Below, in pieces: positions 13,386 to 27,491 of a DNA stretch of 64,000 nucleotides (its first letter is position 1; each line of letters begins with the position of its first letter). Where the stretch lies: assembly GCF_009914755.1 (NCBI RefSeq), contig NC_060934.1. One strand, written 5' to 3'. Under the pieces are notes generated by a model. That model was not told the DNA's origin, made no database searches, and was given only the letters and a program-made list of their open reading frames with translations. A program made the position numbers and the translations under genes. Origin of the DNA: the human T2T-CHM13v2.0 reference genome, Homo sapiens.

Positions 13386-14824
13386 TTCCTCTGCCTTCAC
13401 CCAGCATGCCATTTTTGTTTTTACCTATTTCAATCCCTTTCCACATCTGGGCATGATTTTCATTTGCACTTATAATCTTCAACCCCAAATATTTTCCTTC
13501 CTCTCCATTTGTGATTAATCTGAAAGTAGAGGGTAGACAGCAGAGGAAAGATGCCCTCAGGTGCAAACTCGTGCCCCATCCCTTAAAGGTAGTGAGTGAT
13601 AGCCTCTTTTTGGAAAGCATGTTGGGCAGCAGAGACTGAATCAGAAACTTCTTATGTCCCACTAACAACAGGGAGAAAAAAAGTGTTGTAGAGACTTGCG
13701 TGCACTTTGCCTTCCTAAGAACTCTCATGTACTGTATATCTTCTTTCTTTGTCCAGAAACTGACTGCTCCAGCATCCCTCAGCTCACACTCTCCTTTCCT
13801 TTCCTTTTCACAGCATCTGTGTCTCAGGGATGTGCAAGAATATAATGATTCCTGCTTCCTCAGCTGGTCTCATCAGCTGTTCTCATCCACTACACTGAGT
13901 TCTGGCTTTGATGGCAAGGAAAGGGCTCCCTCTGCTCCCTGAATGTCTGTCTCCATGCCTGTACACGCTTACATGTATGATGGGGGAAGAGTTTTGGATG
14001 CTCTCCCTGCCTGCTAGCTTTGCCAAAGCTATTGAATTAAGCAGGCAATTTCCTCTCACTTTGTTTCTCTGTAAATTTCCCAACCATATGGTATGAGGAG
14101 AGTTCTTGGATTATAAATAAACAGCACTGCTCATGAATCTCAGGATTTTTGTTTTTCCCTCCAATGGGAATAAATAGAAAGCATAGATTTGTAACTTCAG
14201 AAAAATGTGTTGGAGGAGAAGATAATGTCTCCCTTTATATACATATATAAATATTTTTCTTCCATTTCTCTTTATGCAGAGTCCCTTTTTCCTGGGAGTT
14301 TTCTGGCCAGAGTCCATTTGTTTTTTATTACTGCCATTTTCCAACCTGGAGGTAAATTGTTGCTCTAAGGCAATGTGATAATAGCCACATGGGCCTGGCC
14401 AGATTGCACTGACCAGATGGGTTTGGTGCATCTTTTCTGCTGCTGGAGTTGTCAGTTCCCCTCTTTGCAGGACACAGACTTCCTCACTGGTCTTATGGCA
14501 AAGGAATTCAGGGAATGGGAAGGATCCACAAGACCTTGGCCTTAATAAAGAATCACAATATTTGGCAGCCATTTTACCTGATTTCCTGCCACTAAAGCTA
14601 CAGCGAATCAGCTGGGCATGCTAGCCACCAAGGACAAATGCCAGGATAGGGGCCTGGGACTGGAATGGTTGAGGCCAGGGGCAACTCAAAGAAGGCATAA
14701 TTTAAAGTGTGAGTGCAGATTTCGATCTGAGGGAAAAGCGGAGTGTTGGTGCTGCAAGGTCAGTGAGAGCAGTTGTGTGATTCAAGAAGTAATGAGAGAC
14801 CACAGTAGGGATGGGGCAAGTGGG

Positions 14825-15160
14825 CAGGGGTCAGCCAGTGGTGGCCCACAGGCCAAATGTAGCCCACTTCTTGTTTATGTACTGCTTATGAGCTAAGAAC
14901 AGTTTTCACATTTTTAAATGGTTGAAAAAAATCAAAAGGATACTACATTGTAATACCTTAGAAATAAGGTGAACTCAAAGTTTAGTGTCCAGAAATAACA
15001 TTTGACTGGCACGCAACTGTACTCATTTACTTACATATTGTCTATAGCTGCTTTTGTGCTATAATGGCAGAGTTGAGTAGCTGTTACAGAGACCATATGC
15101 CTCAGAGAGTCTAAAATATTTGCTTTCTGGCCCTGTACAGAAAAAGCTTACTGTCCCCTG
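14825..15160 (+). mobile_element. MER58B (hAT-Charlie MITE)
   Basis: CAGGGG...CCCCTG termini, internal GAGCTAAGAACAGTTTTCACATTTTTAAATGGTTG; 336 bp. Confidence 0.85.
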
Positions 15161-16309
15161 GTCTAGAGTACCAGGAATTATGATGGGAATTATGGAGAGC
15201 AAGCTTAGGGCAGGTGATGGGTTTAAAACTAGGTGCTGGACTATAGCATGCTGGGCTCACTCTTTTGGGTGCTGCTCATACAGTGAAACTCATTAGGGGC
15301 AGGTCAGTTCATTTAATGTGCAAAACTGAGGCAAAAACTCATCCCTGAGAATGTCAAAGCAATAATACTTTCAGCTTTGTTAAGCTTTGGGAGACAGGGA
15401 TTTACTCTCTCAGTCTGTACAAAAGGTAACAGTCTGTGGGCCTATCATGTTTTCACCCCGTCCTAGGGCCCTGTCCTCATACAAAACAATTATCTGATAA
15501 TATAATTCACACGAAGTCATTGACTATTTAATACCTTTCCCAGAATTTTGTCTTTTCCAACAATGATCTCAAACCCAAAGGAACGAATATTTAAAGACAG
15601 ACTTTTGGGCACTGGACAGATTGTTGCGGAACATTTACGAGATGGGAGGCTTCTTGCATCACAGTATATACAGCCTCTAAGAGCAGTTCCACTAAAATGC
15701 ATAAGATGCTTCAAAAGACAATTTTATAGATAGTTGAAGTTATCAATGTACTTCTCTTTAAAAGCAGGATAATTTTCACATTGAAAAGCTGTATGTTCAT
15801 CTAAGATTTTAATTTTGTTGGTACGATTCCCCTGCATCCAACCCTGACTTTCTCATACATTTATAGTTTGGTAAACTATGGAATGGTAGAGGAATTTTAG
15901 AGATCAATGACAGAAACTGGAGAGAAAGTTTGATTTCATTTTTCCTTTGTGAGTGCAGAATATAGTCTTTCTTGCAAGTGAAGCAGTTGTTGGGTGGTCC
16001 TGGGAATGGAATGCTTTGAGCAAGTCCTGTTCTGGTCGCTAATGAGTTGAATGGGTTGCCTGGGGGTAGTCCCACGTATGCTTGCCAGCCAGCCTTTGAG
16101 AACACACATTCAGATATCTGCCGCCCATACTGACTTCTCACATTCACTTAGTCCAGCTCATTCATTCTAGTGGAGGTGGGAAATAGAGCGTTAAATCTCC
16201 ATGATTGCACATCTGTTCCTTTGCACCCTTGACAGAATGGCTTAGGGTAGGTTTGTGGTGGCTTCTCTGTAAGGCTTCCAGTTTCTTTATGGAGTGTTGT
16301 CTGAGAGCC

Positions 16310-16470
16310 AGTGTGGTATCTGAAGAACGTGAGTTCTAAAGTCAGGACAACCTGTTTTCAGACACCCACTTTGCCACTTACCACATCAGGGAATTTTAGA
16401 AAATCTCTTGGTCTCTCCAAGCCTCGCTTCTTTATTTGAAATATTGGGATAAAAGTAAAAATATCTATCT
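16310..16470 (+). mobile_element. MIR
   Basis: CACTTTGCCACTTACC...CTCTCCAAGCCTCGCTTCTTTATTTGAAATATTGGGATAA. Confidence 0.6.
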
Positions 16471-16758
16471 TATTATACAGTGCCTAACACAATAGTTTGT
16501 TTGTTTCCTTTCATTGTGGTATTCTGAGCATCTAGAATAGTGTCAGGCAAGTTATAGGCACTGCATGAATATTTGGAAAATGAATGAAGAATAGGGACTC
16601 AGCAAATTGTATTTCTTTTTCTTTTGGTAGGTACGGTATGTTTCTGGGTATCTCAAGTTAGCTTAAAGTTTCCTTGGGGGCCATAAGTAATTAACTGCTT
16701 TTTTATGTGTGAGATAAAATGCTAATTTCAAAACCCTGGAACCTCACTGTTATATTCC

Positions 16759-17180
16759 TGTGGCAGGGACTGATTAGATATTCACTAAACCTGTTTCCTC
16801 TTCATCCTGGGCAAGAAACTAGACTACATTTGTCAGCCTTTATTCATTGACTGAAATCTGGCCCCTGGAAAGAGGCTAGTAGTGATAGATGCCACTTTCA
16901 TACCTGGCAAAAACACTTCCCACATTTTTCTTCATGCTTATTCATTTTCGGACTCACCAATTCAATTGAGATTTCCAAGATCTACAGGAGAGCAGAACCC
17001 TAATGTGGAAGGAGGCTGGATCTCGAAAGCACTGCATAGAACAGAGCCCCTATTTTTCCCCCCATCACCCTGCTGGCTCATATTGGGCTATGATATGAGT
17101 GAGAAATACACTAACATAGTGTTAAGTCACTGAAATGTTGGTATTGTTTGCTGTTGCAGTTAGTTGCTTCAATGCATACA
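16759..17180 (+). mobile_element. MLT1J-like MaLR solo LTR
   Basis: TGTGGCAG start, ACTAGACTACATTT, GTGAGAAATA...GTGTTAAGTCACTGAAAT near the 3' end, ends ...TACA. Confidence 0.7.
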
Positions 17181-18074
17181 GTCTCCAAGATGCATGTCCA
17201 GCCCTCCCATTCCTACACTCACTTTATTCTCTAGCCTGGATACCTATTTACTATTCTCAAGATATGCTGTGTTTTTCTAGCATCTAGCATAGCTCTGTTT
17301 ATACCATAGGGACTCAGTAAACATCTGTTGATTGATTTCTGGGCCAAAGAATGAAACAGCAGCTTCCTATAAAATGTAAGCATGTTTTACATCAGACAGA
17401 CCTGATATTTCAGAGGAAATATTCATTTAAGTGTTCTTCTCTACTATGGGACTTAGTATATAGTTTTTAAACAGAGAATTCAGCTTATCTGGCACATTAA
17501 AACTTACAGACTCACACACATCCTTTCAGGGAGATTCCTGCCATATAAAAGGAAAATTCAGCTGTATGGAGTTCTAGATGTGTTAGAATAACATCGCAGG
17601 TAGGCTCCATCCAGGAGAGAGGGTTTCAGGCCAGGGATGTATGAGCTAGCAGTCAATGTCAGGAGCCTTGGAGAAATGGAGCATCCATGCCAAGTTTTCC
17701 CACCTACATCCAGTGCTTCATATGCAAACAGCCTAACTTTCCCCATTTGTAGAAAGCTGCACCTAACTTTTCTGTTATGCTCTCACACCTTGGATGAATT
17801 GCATGGCCAATGTTGATAACCCAGAAAATGACAACTACTTAGCTTTCTGTTGCTTCCACAAAGTAGGTCAGGAAATGGAGGGGAAGTGAATTACTCTCCC
17901 AGACAGGGGTTATACCAGGCAGATAACTGTACTTGCTCAAAATTGTTTTCTTTTATCCATCAGATATCTTGAACATCTTGCCATCATCCTAATGCTAAGA
18001 TAATAATAATAGAAGGCATTTATTGAGCTGAATGTGCCAAGCATTAGGTCAACATTTTCTTTACTCATCCATTA

Positions 18075-18392
18075 GCTGCCATTGAGTGCTGTGACCATCT
18101 CCAGAGGTTACCATTTTCCTACATCTAGGATGGCCAATGCCTAGCTGATATGGGGCACAAAAGCCCAGCCCTCTTGCCTTACAGTGGGACATGTATGTGG
18201 TGAGGTGTCTGCCCCAGAGCCTCCCTGGGGATTAAGCTTCACAGGAAACCACATCCTTGTTTGTCTTCTGCTTCTTTCCAGTCTTGCTTCCCTTTCTCCC
18301 ATTAGGTTTTGCCTCAAAGCACTCCCACCATAGTTCTTGAGCTTCCAAATCCCAGACTTGGGCTCTGATTTTAGGGAACCCAGCTTAGGATG
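18075..18392 (+). mobile_element. ERVL LTR (LTR16-like)
   Basis: AAAAGCCCAGCCCTCTTGCCT, CCCCAGAGCCTCCC, end GGCTCTGATTTTAGGGAACCCAGCTTAGGA. Confidence 0.6.
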
Positions 18393-18833
18393 TTTTCCTT
18401 TTTTCTCAAAGTTGGTTTATAATGTGCTACAGAGATGCTGGCTCTGCTGGTTTCTGTCAGTGATAACAGAATTCTCTCAGGCACTCAGGTTTGGTATCTT
18501 TAAGATATCTTTACCTGTTCCTTCTTCTTCACCTCTGACCATGCCAGTAAACAGATTATGCTTCTTCTACCTGTCTTTTATTTCTTGCAACCTACAGTCA
18601 TCCAGGATAGTGAGATGGATTCCTGACAAGTCTTTCTACCTCTGGAGCATATGCTTCACCAAACCATCATATAAATCACTAACAGCTTAGTCCTTTCAAA
18701 CAGGCTTTATATTCCTATCTCATTTCTTGTAAGACAAGTTCAAGCTTCTTAGCAGATATGTAGGAGCCTCCACATAATCTTATTCTACTGATCTGAACTT
18801 ATCCCCTCTTATGCCCGTGTAAGAACATTTTAT

Positions 18834-19151
<318 letters not shown>

Positions 19152-19369
19152 TTATTATCTACCCAGTCTCCTTAATTACCTTCTGAAAATACTTGCATTT
19201 TTCAGGTTCCAAGCCTTTGAGCATACTCTTTGTCTTCTGTTGACCTTCCAATACTCAACCCTCTTTCAAAGCCTACTTTTTTCATGAAGTCTTCCTTCCT
19301 TTACTTTGAGCTCCTCTATCACTAATAAATGTCATTGTCTTCTTCATTGACATTGTCACCATCATCATC

Positions 19370-19630
19370 ATATTAATAATGGCCACCATTTATTAAGAGC
19401 CTATAATATGCATGACATTGTGATAAATGCTTCATGTGCATTGCCTGCTTTAGTTACCAAACAACCCAGGAAAAACTTTTTAGATAGTTTTGCCCATTTT
19501 ATAGATGAGAAAACTGAAGTTCAAAGAGGGTAAGTGACCTGGTCAAGATCACACAAGTATCTAGTGGTGGAACCAGGCATTGAAACCATGTCTGTGACTT
19601 CGAAGTTTGTGCACTTAACCACTCTGGTAA
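19370..19630 (-). mobile_element. MIR, near full length
   Basis: CCCATTTTATAGATGAGAAAACTGAAG...AAGTGACCTGGTCAAGATCACAC. Confidence 0.8.
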
Positions 19631-20059
19631 TATATTCCATTTGGCTTAATTGCTTCCTACTCATTTATCCCTTATTTATTCATTAAAGGTACTTATTGAG
19701 TTCCTGCAATGTATCAGGGAGTGTGCACTGGAGACTTAGTAGGGTCCTTGTCCTCAGAGTTTTATCTAATAGCACTCTTGAGCCCCTTTCCTAACTACCA
19801 TCTCCCCCTCAAACCTTCCCCTCACCTACAGTCTCTCCAGGAGAGGACTGTCTCTGAATTTCACCAATGTGCTATGTCGTCTTGCCCAGCCTTTCCTGGT
19901 GGTCTTGTTATTAGATTTAAAATGATGTTTTTCAGCCCTTGGCTTTCAGGCCTTGCTCATGCCTTGCTTTCTAGTTATCTAGTGAGAGATGGTCTTGTCT
20001 CCCTAAGACCATATTATTCTTTCTGACAGTATTCCCACTGGTGCCTAGATTAGGTGATG

Positions 20060-20830
20060 CAGAGGCTGGCAAACCTTTGAACAGCTGAATGCTTACTCCA
20101 GAGACATTGCCCTCACTTAGGCAGTTTTTGCAGGACCTCAGTGGCCTCTCAGTGGTGACAGATCTGCATCTTTGGAGCATAGATCTGCATTTTGGAAGGA
20201 GCCAGAAGCCATTTGGAGCTTGATCAGATGCATAGAATGTTGGGGATGGCAGGGACTTTTGAGATCATTGATTCCAACCATCTCATTTTACAGAGAAAGA
20301 GAGTAATCAAACTGTGAAGCATTGTTTTTGGTTGGAAACAAAGAGTGTCTGTAACAACAAGACTAGAAACCCAATCAACCATAACTCATGGGGCTTGCTG
20401 AATGCTTAAGTGTGAGCCACTGAAGATGGCTGATAGGACCATGTTGCTGCCAGTCCTGATGATTGTTAACTGGCTGAGATACATTCTGTTTCTGACTGGG
20501 ACTCTGGCTCCTGTCAGCACCTTCACTTGCCCAGTTGAGCACTCCCTTTACCCAGGGGAGCACCCATCTCTGGAAAAGTGCTGAATTCCAGTGACTCTGA
20601 GAGGTCATGGACTTGAGGAATGTTTGTGTATGTTGAGGGGAGTGGGCTGTGAGGGACAGGGTCCTTGAGCCAAGGCCCTTGCAGGCTTTTGCATGGATTG
20701 ACCATGAAAATTGCTGTCTTCTCTTTCCAGTTATACTTTTTTCCTTGGCTTCTGCAACCTTCTTGTTCCAAAGACTCCAGAACCAGTTATCTGAGATAAA
20801 ATATGTTTTTCTGTTCAATAGTCAGATCAC
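20060..20830. mobile_element. Possible old mariner-type (MARNA-like) fragments with a MIR piece at about 20235-20300
   Basis: TTTTGGAAGGAGCCAGAAGCCATTTGGAGC resembles remembered MARNA sequence; very degenerate. Confidence 0.35.
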
Positions 20831-20959
20831 TCAGATGATAGGAAGTGGCTGTCTTCATCTTGTGAAGTCATTGTTATTTTCCAGAGGAGAAACAGGGAAT
20901 GGTGGTAAGACAGTTGTAGGAAGGAATGAAAGCCTGTCAAGAAACTAAGCTGATTCTTG

Positions 20960-21140
20960 CCCTGTGCTTTATGTAGGTTTTCTCACTGAATCCTCCTAAT
21001 AACACTGCTTGATGGCAACTATTATGCCCATGTTAGATATGGGGAAACTGAGGCCTGGAAAGGTTAGGCAGTGTTTTTGGTGTTGTGTTGCTAGTAGGTA
21101 GGAGAGCAGGAATTCTAACCTAATTTTGACTCCAAGCATT
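20960..21140 (-). mobile_element. MIR
   Basis: GGGGAAACTGAGGCCTGGAAAGGTTAGG core. Confidence 0.7.
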
Positions 21141-21284
21141 CTCCTTTTTATACTTGTATAGCTTTCCAATAGGAAATGACCATGGAGACCCCCTGAGCAG
21201 GTGAATCAGTGAAACCCTTGCCATGTGATACTTTGTGAAGCAGATGCTCAATTACCATTGTTTAAATAAATGGCCGGGCATTGA

Positions 21285-21490
21285 AGTAGAGTGCATAGAA
21301 CTTGGAATCATATGACCTGGGTTCAAGTTCCAGGATTGTCATTTGGTCAGTCACTTAACGTCTCCGAGTCTGTTTCCTCATTTTTATGACAGAGATAAAA
21401 TATCTATGTCAGAGGGTCATAGTGAGGATTCAGTGAACTGCTTTAAGAGAAAGTGTTTTGTATAAAGCACTATGCAAATGTTAGTTACTT
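21285..21490 (+). mobile_element. MIR
   Basis: GACCTGGGTTCAAG...GTCACTTAACGTCTCCGAGTCTGTTTCCTCAT. Confidence 0.75.
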
Positions 21491-21852
21491 AATGCCACAG
21501 TGATTTAGGGTGACAGTCTTCCGAGAAATTAATTACAGAGTCTAAGTGTCTGCCAGAGTCTTGATCCTTGACCTCAAGAAGCTTATAGTTGTGGTGAGGA
21601 CAAGAGACTATGGAAATCAGAGGGGACAGGGCAAATTGTGCTGTAGATATATAAAAACAATAGAAAACCAGAGAAAGGAAAGATAACAGAAGAGCACGGT
21701 AGATGAGAGGGCTTTACACAGGAGCCTGGAGTTGAACTGTAAAGGTTTGAAGTGAGAGGAGATTCGCGACTGGGCATAGATTTAACAATAATAAAAAAAG
21801 GCATGTTGTAAGTTACAGTCCTCTTGGGACCCAGGAGTTGTTTTGCATAGAG

Positions 21853-22385
21853 CAGCAGTTCTCAAAGTATGACTCAGTGACCCCTGGTAGCCTCCATGAC
21901 TCTCTTCAGAGGATGGATAGAGTCAAAACTATTCTCTAATAATAATAAAATGTTATCTGCTTTTTAAACTCTTATTTTCTTATGAGTGTACAGTGGAGTT
22001 TACTAGAGGCTACCTGGCATATTTGATATTATCACAGATTGAATGTAGAAACAGATACAAGAATCCATATATCTTCTATTAAACCAGATATTAAAGAGCT
22101 TTGAAAGAAAAATTTGAAAAGTAAAAGAATGCTAATTTTGTCATGAAATTGTTTTGTTTTGGAAACTATAGTTTTTTAAATAAAATTATGTTATTTATAT
22201 TAACATGTAACAGGGTTATTGTTATTTTAAAATGAGTCAATATTGTAAATTTTTCTCAGATGTAATTTCTGTTGTAATATGTATTGCTAGATATAACACA
22301 CTTGAATTAAATATCTTGGGGTCCTTAGTAACTTTTAAAAGTATAAAGGAGTCCTGAGTCATAAAAGTTTGAGAACCAACCACTG
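21853..22385. mobile_element. Charlie1b-like non-autonomous hAT transposon
   Basis: Inverted termini CAGCAGTTCTCAAA ... TTTGAGAACC(AACC)ACTG; internal GAGTGTACAGTGGAGTTT, CAGATTGAATGTAGAAACAGAT; 533 bp. Confidence 0.8.
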
Positions 22386-22499
22386 TTAAAGACATTCTGG
22401 TATGGAGATACAGTAAAGGTCTCAGATTTTTATCACACTTTGGCGTCAATGTGTATGTCCTTTGGTATCTTAGAACATCTATGTACAGGAATTTCAAGA

Positions 22500-23010
22500 T
22501 GATAATGCCCAATGTTGCAAGCATGCAGTGAAACTGGTACTTTTATACATTGTTAATAGAAGTGCAGACTGGCCAGAGTATGTCTGTAAGGCACTTTATA
22601 GCAAGAGCTTTAATGATAATTTTTATCCTTTGAACTAGTAATTACACTTACATGAATCTATTCTAGGGAAACAAATAATGATACATACAAATATTTATGT
22701 CTGACAACACACATTCAAGTTATTTAATACAAGATTTTGGCTAGAAACTGACCAACTGGCCAGAGAAGATAGTTAAAGTAAATTATGATGCATTCATACA
22801 CTGGAATGTTGTAAGGCTTTAAAATAAAATGATATTTTTGAAAAATATGTAACAATATGTGGAAATGCTTACAATATTATGTTAAATGGAAAATCAGGAC
22901 CCAAATTCTATAAATAATGACCCCAAATTTTGTAAACACACAAGAGTTAAAGAAAAACACACCAAAATGTTAACTGAGTTTTTCTATATGATGTGGCTAT
23001 CTTGTGCGTT
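22500..23010 (+). mobile_element. Old L1M(E) 3' fragment
   Basis: AAATTATGATGCATTCATACACTGGAAT, CACCAAAATGTTAAC. Confidence 0.6.
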
Positions 23011-25349
23011 ATTATTTTTTTTTTAATTTAAGGGTATTTCTACCATAAATTTTCAGTATTTTTTTTTTAAAAGACTCTAGGGTGTGACATTCCTTTTATC
23101 CAAGGCTGTGGTAACCAGTCTACTGAGCCAGCCCATGTCATGTGGGTTCAGGCGCACACTGCCTCAGATCTTGAAAGGGACACTTCTCTAAGAGTCACTG
23201 TGATAGTTTAAGGCATATTCTATGACTTGACAATACATCCGACTTCTAGCTAATTGCTTTTTCCTGCTTAGCCATTCAAAAGAAAGCTTAGAAAATACTG
23301 AGATTGTTTTTCATGCCCTACTACTCGGGTCTGTTGTCAAGAACAGTCAGTGTAGAATGTAGGATCCAATAGGCAATTGTTTTAAATGATGTGCATGTAA
23401 CACAGCACAGAGAGCAGAGCAATCACTCCATAATTTTTACAAAGGAAGAGATAAATGAAGTTTTAGGTTTCTGGACCCAAAACGAGATGAAGTTACTATA
23501 GTGTTAGAGGCTCAAAAAGGAGAGCTGTAATTCACTCCTTGGAAACTGGGAATTTCCTCTTCTTCTTGCCTGTGTTGGAAAACACCATGTGTTGGAAGAC
23601 TTTAGCCCTCTTTCTATTCTGGATGGCCAGTAGGACAACTGGTAAAACTGGTCCAGCACAAAGGAGCATCTGCTTTGCTATTAGTTTCTCACAGCAGAAC
23701 AGTTTCAGTCAGAAGGGAATCTGTCTGAATGTGACTATTTCAGTCCCTGGGACATATTTTCTCAGTTTGAGGATTTACCCTGCATGGCATTATTCAGCAT
23801 GATTTAGGGGTTAAAAGAGACGTCCAAGGTAGTCCCTTGACTTCAAAGACCTTATTCTGTCTGGAGAAAGAAGTGTCATGCACACAAAGTTAAATAATGG
23901 CATAAAACAACAGCAGAAAAGAGAAAAAGATGTGGTCCCAGAAAGCCGATACGATGCTCTCTGAGAGTGACAAAGATGCTGAGCACTGGGAAAGCAGAGG
24001 CAGGTGAGATGAGAGGCTCCGTCGGGGAGGATGGCGGCAGAAGGAGACACTCTCTTCTCTCCCGGGCTGAAGACTCTGGGAGGGGAGGTATTTGCATTAA
24101 TTGAAAAGTGATTAATGAAAGCATTGAGTGCCTTCCATGTGCAAGGCATTGTGCTTATTACAGAAAAGGAAAATATTTAAAGATGAGTGGGACACAGAAT
24201 TTAGTTTCTTGAGGGTAGGAAGGTGGTCTGAAGGCTCTCTATTTATTCATGTTCCTTCATTGGGCGGCTGCACATTTTATCCTGGAGGTTTCTGGATGTG
24301 CCCAAACAGACATAATTGTGCACATGTCACAGGGCCCCGACTGGCTCTATGTAATTTTAAAGAGAAATGATAAACATATTTATTTTTTAGACAGTGATGC
24401 CTTGCTAAAACTGTCCAGCACCTGCTAGTGTAGGCCTCATTATTTTTTTCCCCAGGAAAACTTAGTGGAAAAGTTGGGTTCGTTTTCCCTGGACTTTAAT
24501 TTGTTAAGTGTTGGCCACCTGCTGGAGGCTATCTTTGATTACATGTAGCAGGCCCCCCATCCTCCCATGTGTCTTTTGGTAGCTTACTGCTGATATGGTG
24601 GGAATGAGATGGCGTTAGCCTGTCCACTGGGGGTTATGTAGCTATAACACAGCTGCTGTTTGCCCAGAAATGTGTGAGGCAGTTTCTCCTTCTGTGATAA
24701 TATTATTGGTCTACCTTGGTGTTGCCCAACAACAGACAGTGAAGTGAACCCTCTGATAGTAGGGCTATATAAGCTTCACAAAAGCCCTAAGAACACAACA
24801 TTTAGATTCCCATTGAGCAGACATGAAACATGAGTTTATATAATTAGTCTGAGGCTCCACAGACTGGATTTGAATCCAAATCTCCTTGACTCTGAAATGA
24901 ATCCTCTTGTGATTCTTTTGGTCTGCCTTTTTGAACGCAGAAGCTTATCTGTAACTGGGTTCTCCTACAGATGTGTTAATTTGTTGATTAACATTGTGAC
25001 TGTTTGGTAACAATCACTTTATTGCTATAATTTTTAACTACATGAGTCATACTTGGATACACTTTTGTTTGAAAACATCTCAACATTACAAGTAAATTCA
25101 AGTGCTTCTAGCTACCTAACCCCAGCCCACCCCGGTTCCCTACCCAGTGGTAACTTCTATTAGTAGTTTTATATATTTTCCACTAGATTTTATATGTATT
25201 TGTTTACACGCTTATAAACTTAATGGAAATGTATTGCCTTGTTGTGTCTGGATATACTGTGTGTGTGTAATATATTTAGTATTATGTCTTAGAGACTTTT
25301 CAGGTCAATAACTCTGGTATCTGTCTTACTCTTGAATGCTGCTGTATAG

Positions 25350-25352
<3 letters not shown>

Positions 25353-25378
<26 letters not shown>
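25353..25378 (+). repeat. (TG)13 microsatellite within a probable antisense L1M fragment (about 25020-25450)
   Basis: Direct read. Confidence 0.95.
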
Positions 25379-25383
<5 letters not shown>

Positions 25384-27314
25384 CACTCTATTTAGCCTTT
25401 CCCTGATAATTGTTATTCAGTTATGTTCATATCAACAGAGATGCAGTGAATTATGGGCTGTCATACCTTCTCATGGGCCTGTTTGTGCACTTTCTTTTCC
25501 CTGGAGGGCTTCTTTCCTTCCCTTACGTGCATGATACAAATAGGTCTTTTGCCTGATAGGTTAGAGTTTTTGGCATTTTAAAACCTAAATATAACAACTC
25601 ACCATCCTATTTTCTGAACTGAAGGTCTTCAGTGAGAACTAATGTGTTCACACCAAATAAAGAAAGGAAAAGAAAGAAACTGAAGATCTGAATATTGGCC
25701 CAACCCCATATACTTCAGCCTCTGTCCTACCTGAGACGTGTGCTGGGAAGCTGCTGCTGGTGGGTCTACAACTTATCTGATCCGAACCATGAATTCTGCA
25801 TGACTGGTCTCCAAAGACAGCAAACCTCCAATTTTCCGCATTTAGAACCGGTGATGGCTCTCATTCAAATAGTGGGGGCAGGAGGAAATAGAGACGAATT
25901 AATTATCCTGTATCATTGTGCCTCTCTTTGTGAGACTAAACAATGCAGCCATGAGTTGGGTAAAAAGAGGTCAGGGAGAGCTGTGTAAGCTTCTGCACTG
26001 GCATCAACCTTCCTGTGGAGTTTCTGAAGCAGAGGGTGGGGCAATACCCACTTGGAGAATGAAGCTGTTTAAATGACTTACTTTTGGCTTGAGGTCTGAA
26101 ATTAGTTATCTGGATGGTTATTTGTGGTCAGGCTGGGCTTCTGCCATTGCAAAGATACAGATTAATGTGACTTTGGGCACTGGCCCTAAAATGAGGAGTG
26201 GAATAGGCCAGAGGGAAACATTAATGCTTTTCCATCACAACTCTCTGAGAAGTCTTTGGTCTGGAGCTGTGCTGTGGGAACTCCTGACGCTGACCTTGGA
26301 ATGGGCTGTGGTTCACCACACACCAGAGCACCTAATAGCCTATGGTCTTTGATTGTTGACAATCCTCAGTGTATCTCAGTGGAGTACACCTGAAGGAGCT
26401 GCTAGTGGGTGCTCCCCAAGGCCTGGCACTTGGAAGCATAGTTGTATCTTTTGATTCTCCAGGCAACTGGGTCTTATCATACACTTATGGTGACAATTGG
26501 AAACAGTGTCCACAGATCCTTTAATGATTTATTGGGTATCCGTGTGCCTCACCCCTATTAAGTGTAAGTAGTGCAAATCAAGAAAAAGAAAACAAGGTGA
26601 TTTCCCTTGAGGACAATACAATCAGGGGTATTCATAAAAATGACAGCCATAAGCATTTATGGAACAAGGGCTTTTAGCAGATGCTAAGCTAGGTATCTTA
26701 TTACTCTTCATTGAATCTGAATAACAACAACTCTATTGTCTGAGCTGAGGTTCAGAGACATGAAAAGCTTGCACAGCTAGATCTGGCTCTGAGTCTAGTT
26801 GTCTTTGTACTACTCCAGTCTGCTTGTTTTCTTTATGTAGAACTGTGCTCTGCACTTTCAGAAATTAAAAAAAAAATTCATTTGTGACTGTTCTTTTGAG
26901 AAGCTTTTAGCAATTGCTGAAAATATCAAAAGCACACATGTATATTCAGAGAATAAATAGGGAGCTCTTAGGTGCAATTGGTGTAAATGCAGAGGAGGGC
27001 GTGGGTGGGAATTATAGGAAAGATCTTTGTAGTACAATGAGTACTGGAGCTGGGAGTAAAAAAGGAGACAATCTGAACATTGGAGGCAATGGTAAAGCAA
27101 AGCAGGTAAACTACGAAGGCCTTGAATGCCAGACAGAGGCAGATGTTTGACCTGATGTGGCAGCCAGGCAGGGAAGGATGCTCTAGGGTATCAGAGATCC
27201 AGGCAGAAATCTTGAGAAGTTGTCTTAGAGACAAAAGCAGGGTGAGAACATGACTCGGGGGTGGGACAGAGGTGGAGGCTGATATTCTCTACCTCTAGCT
27301 GATACCAGCTAGAG

Positions 27315-27491
27315 CAGCACCACCAAATCATACCCCTCCTGCTTTTGCAAAAGCACCCTTTCATTTTGCTATTGTGCTTGGCTTGTTTGGAGCTGCAAAA
27401 GGTCAGAGTTGAGTAGTTGTGGCGGAGGTCCACAAAACCCAAAATATTTACTATCTGGTTGTTTTACAGGAAAAAAAAGTTTGCCAACCTG
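27315..27491 (+). mobile_element. MER58A, internally deleted, with perfect 8-bp TSD
   Basis: CAGAGTTGAGTAGTTG...AAAATATTTACTATCTGG...AAAGTTTGCCAACCTG; TSD AGCTAGAG at 27307-27314 and 27492-27499. Confidence 0.85.

Noticed and set aside
12903-13728. Cluster of overlapping ORFs of 100-170 aa
   Set aside because: Low-complexity translations over L2-like purine-rich sequence; no homology recognised.
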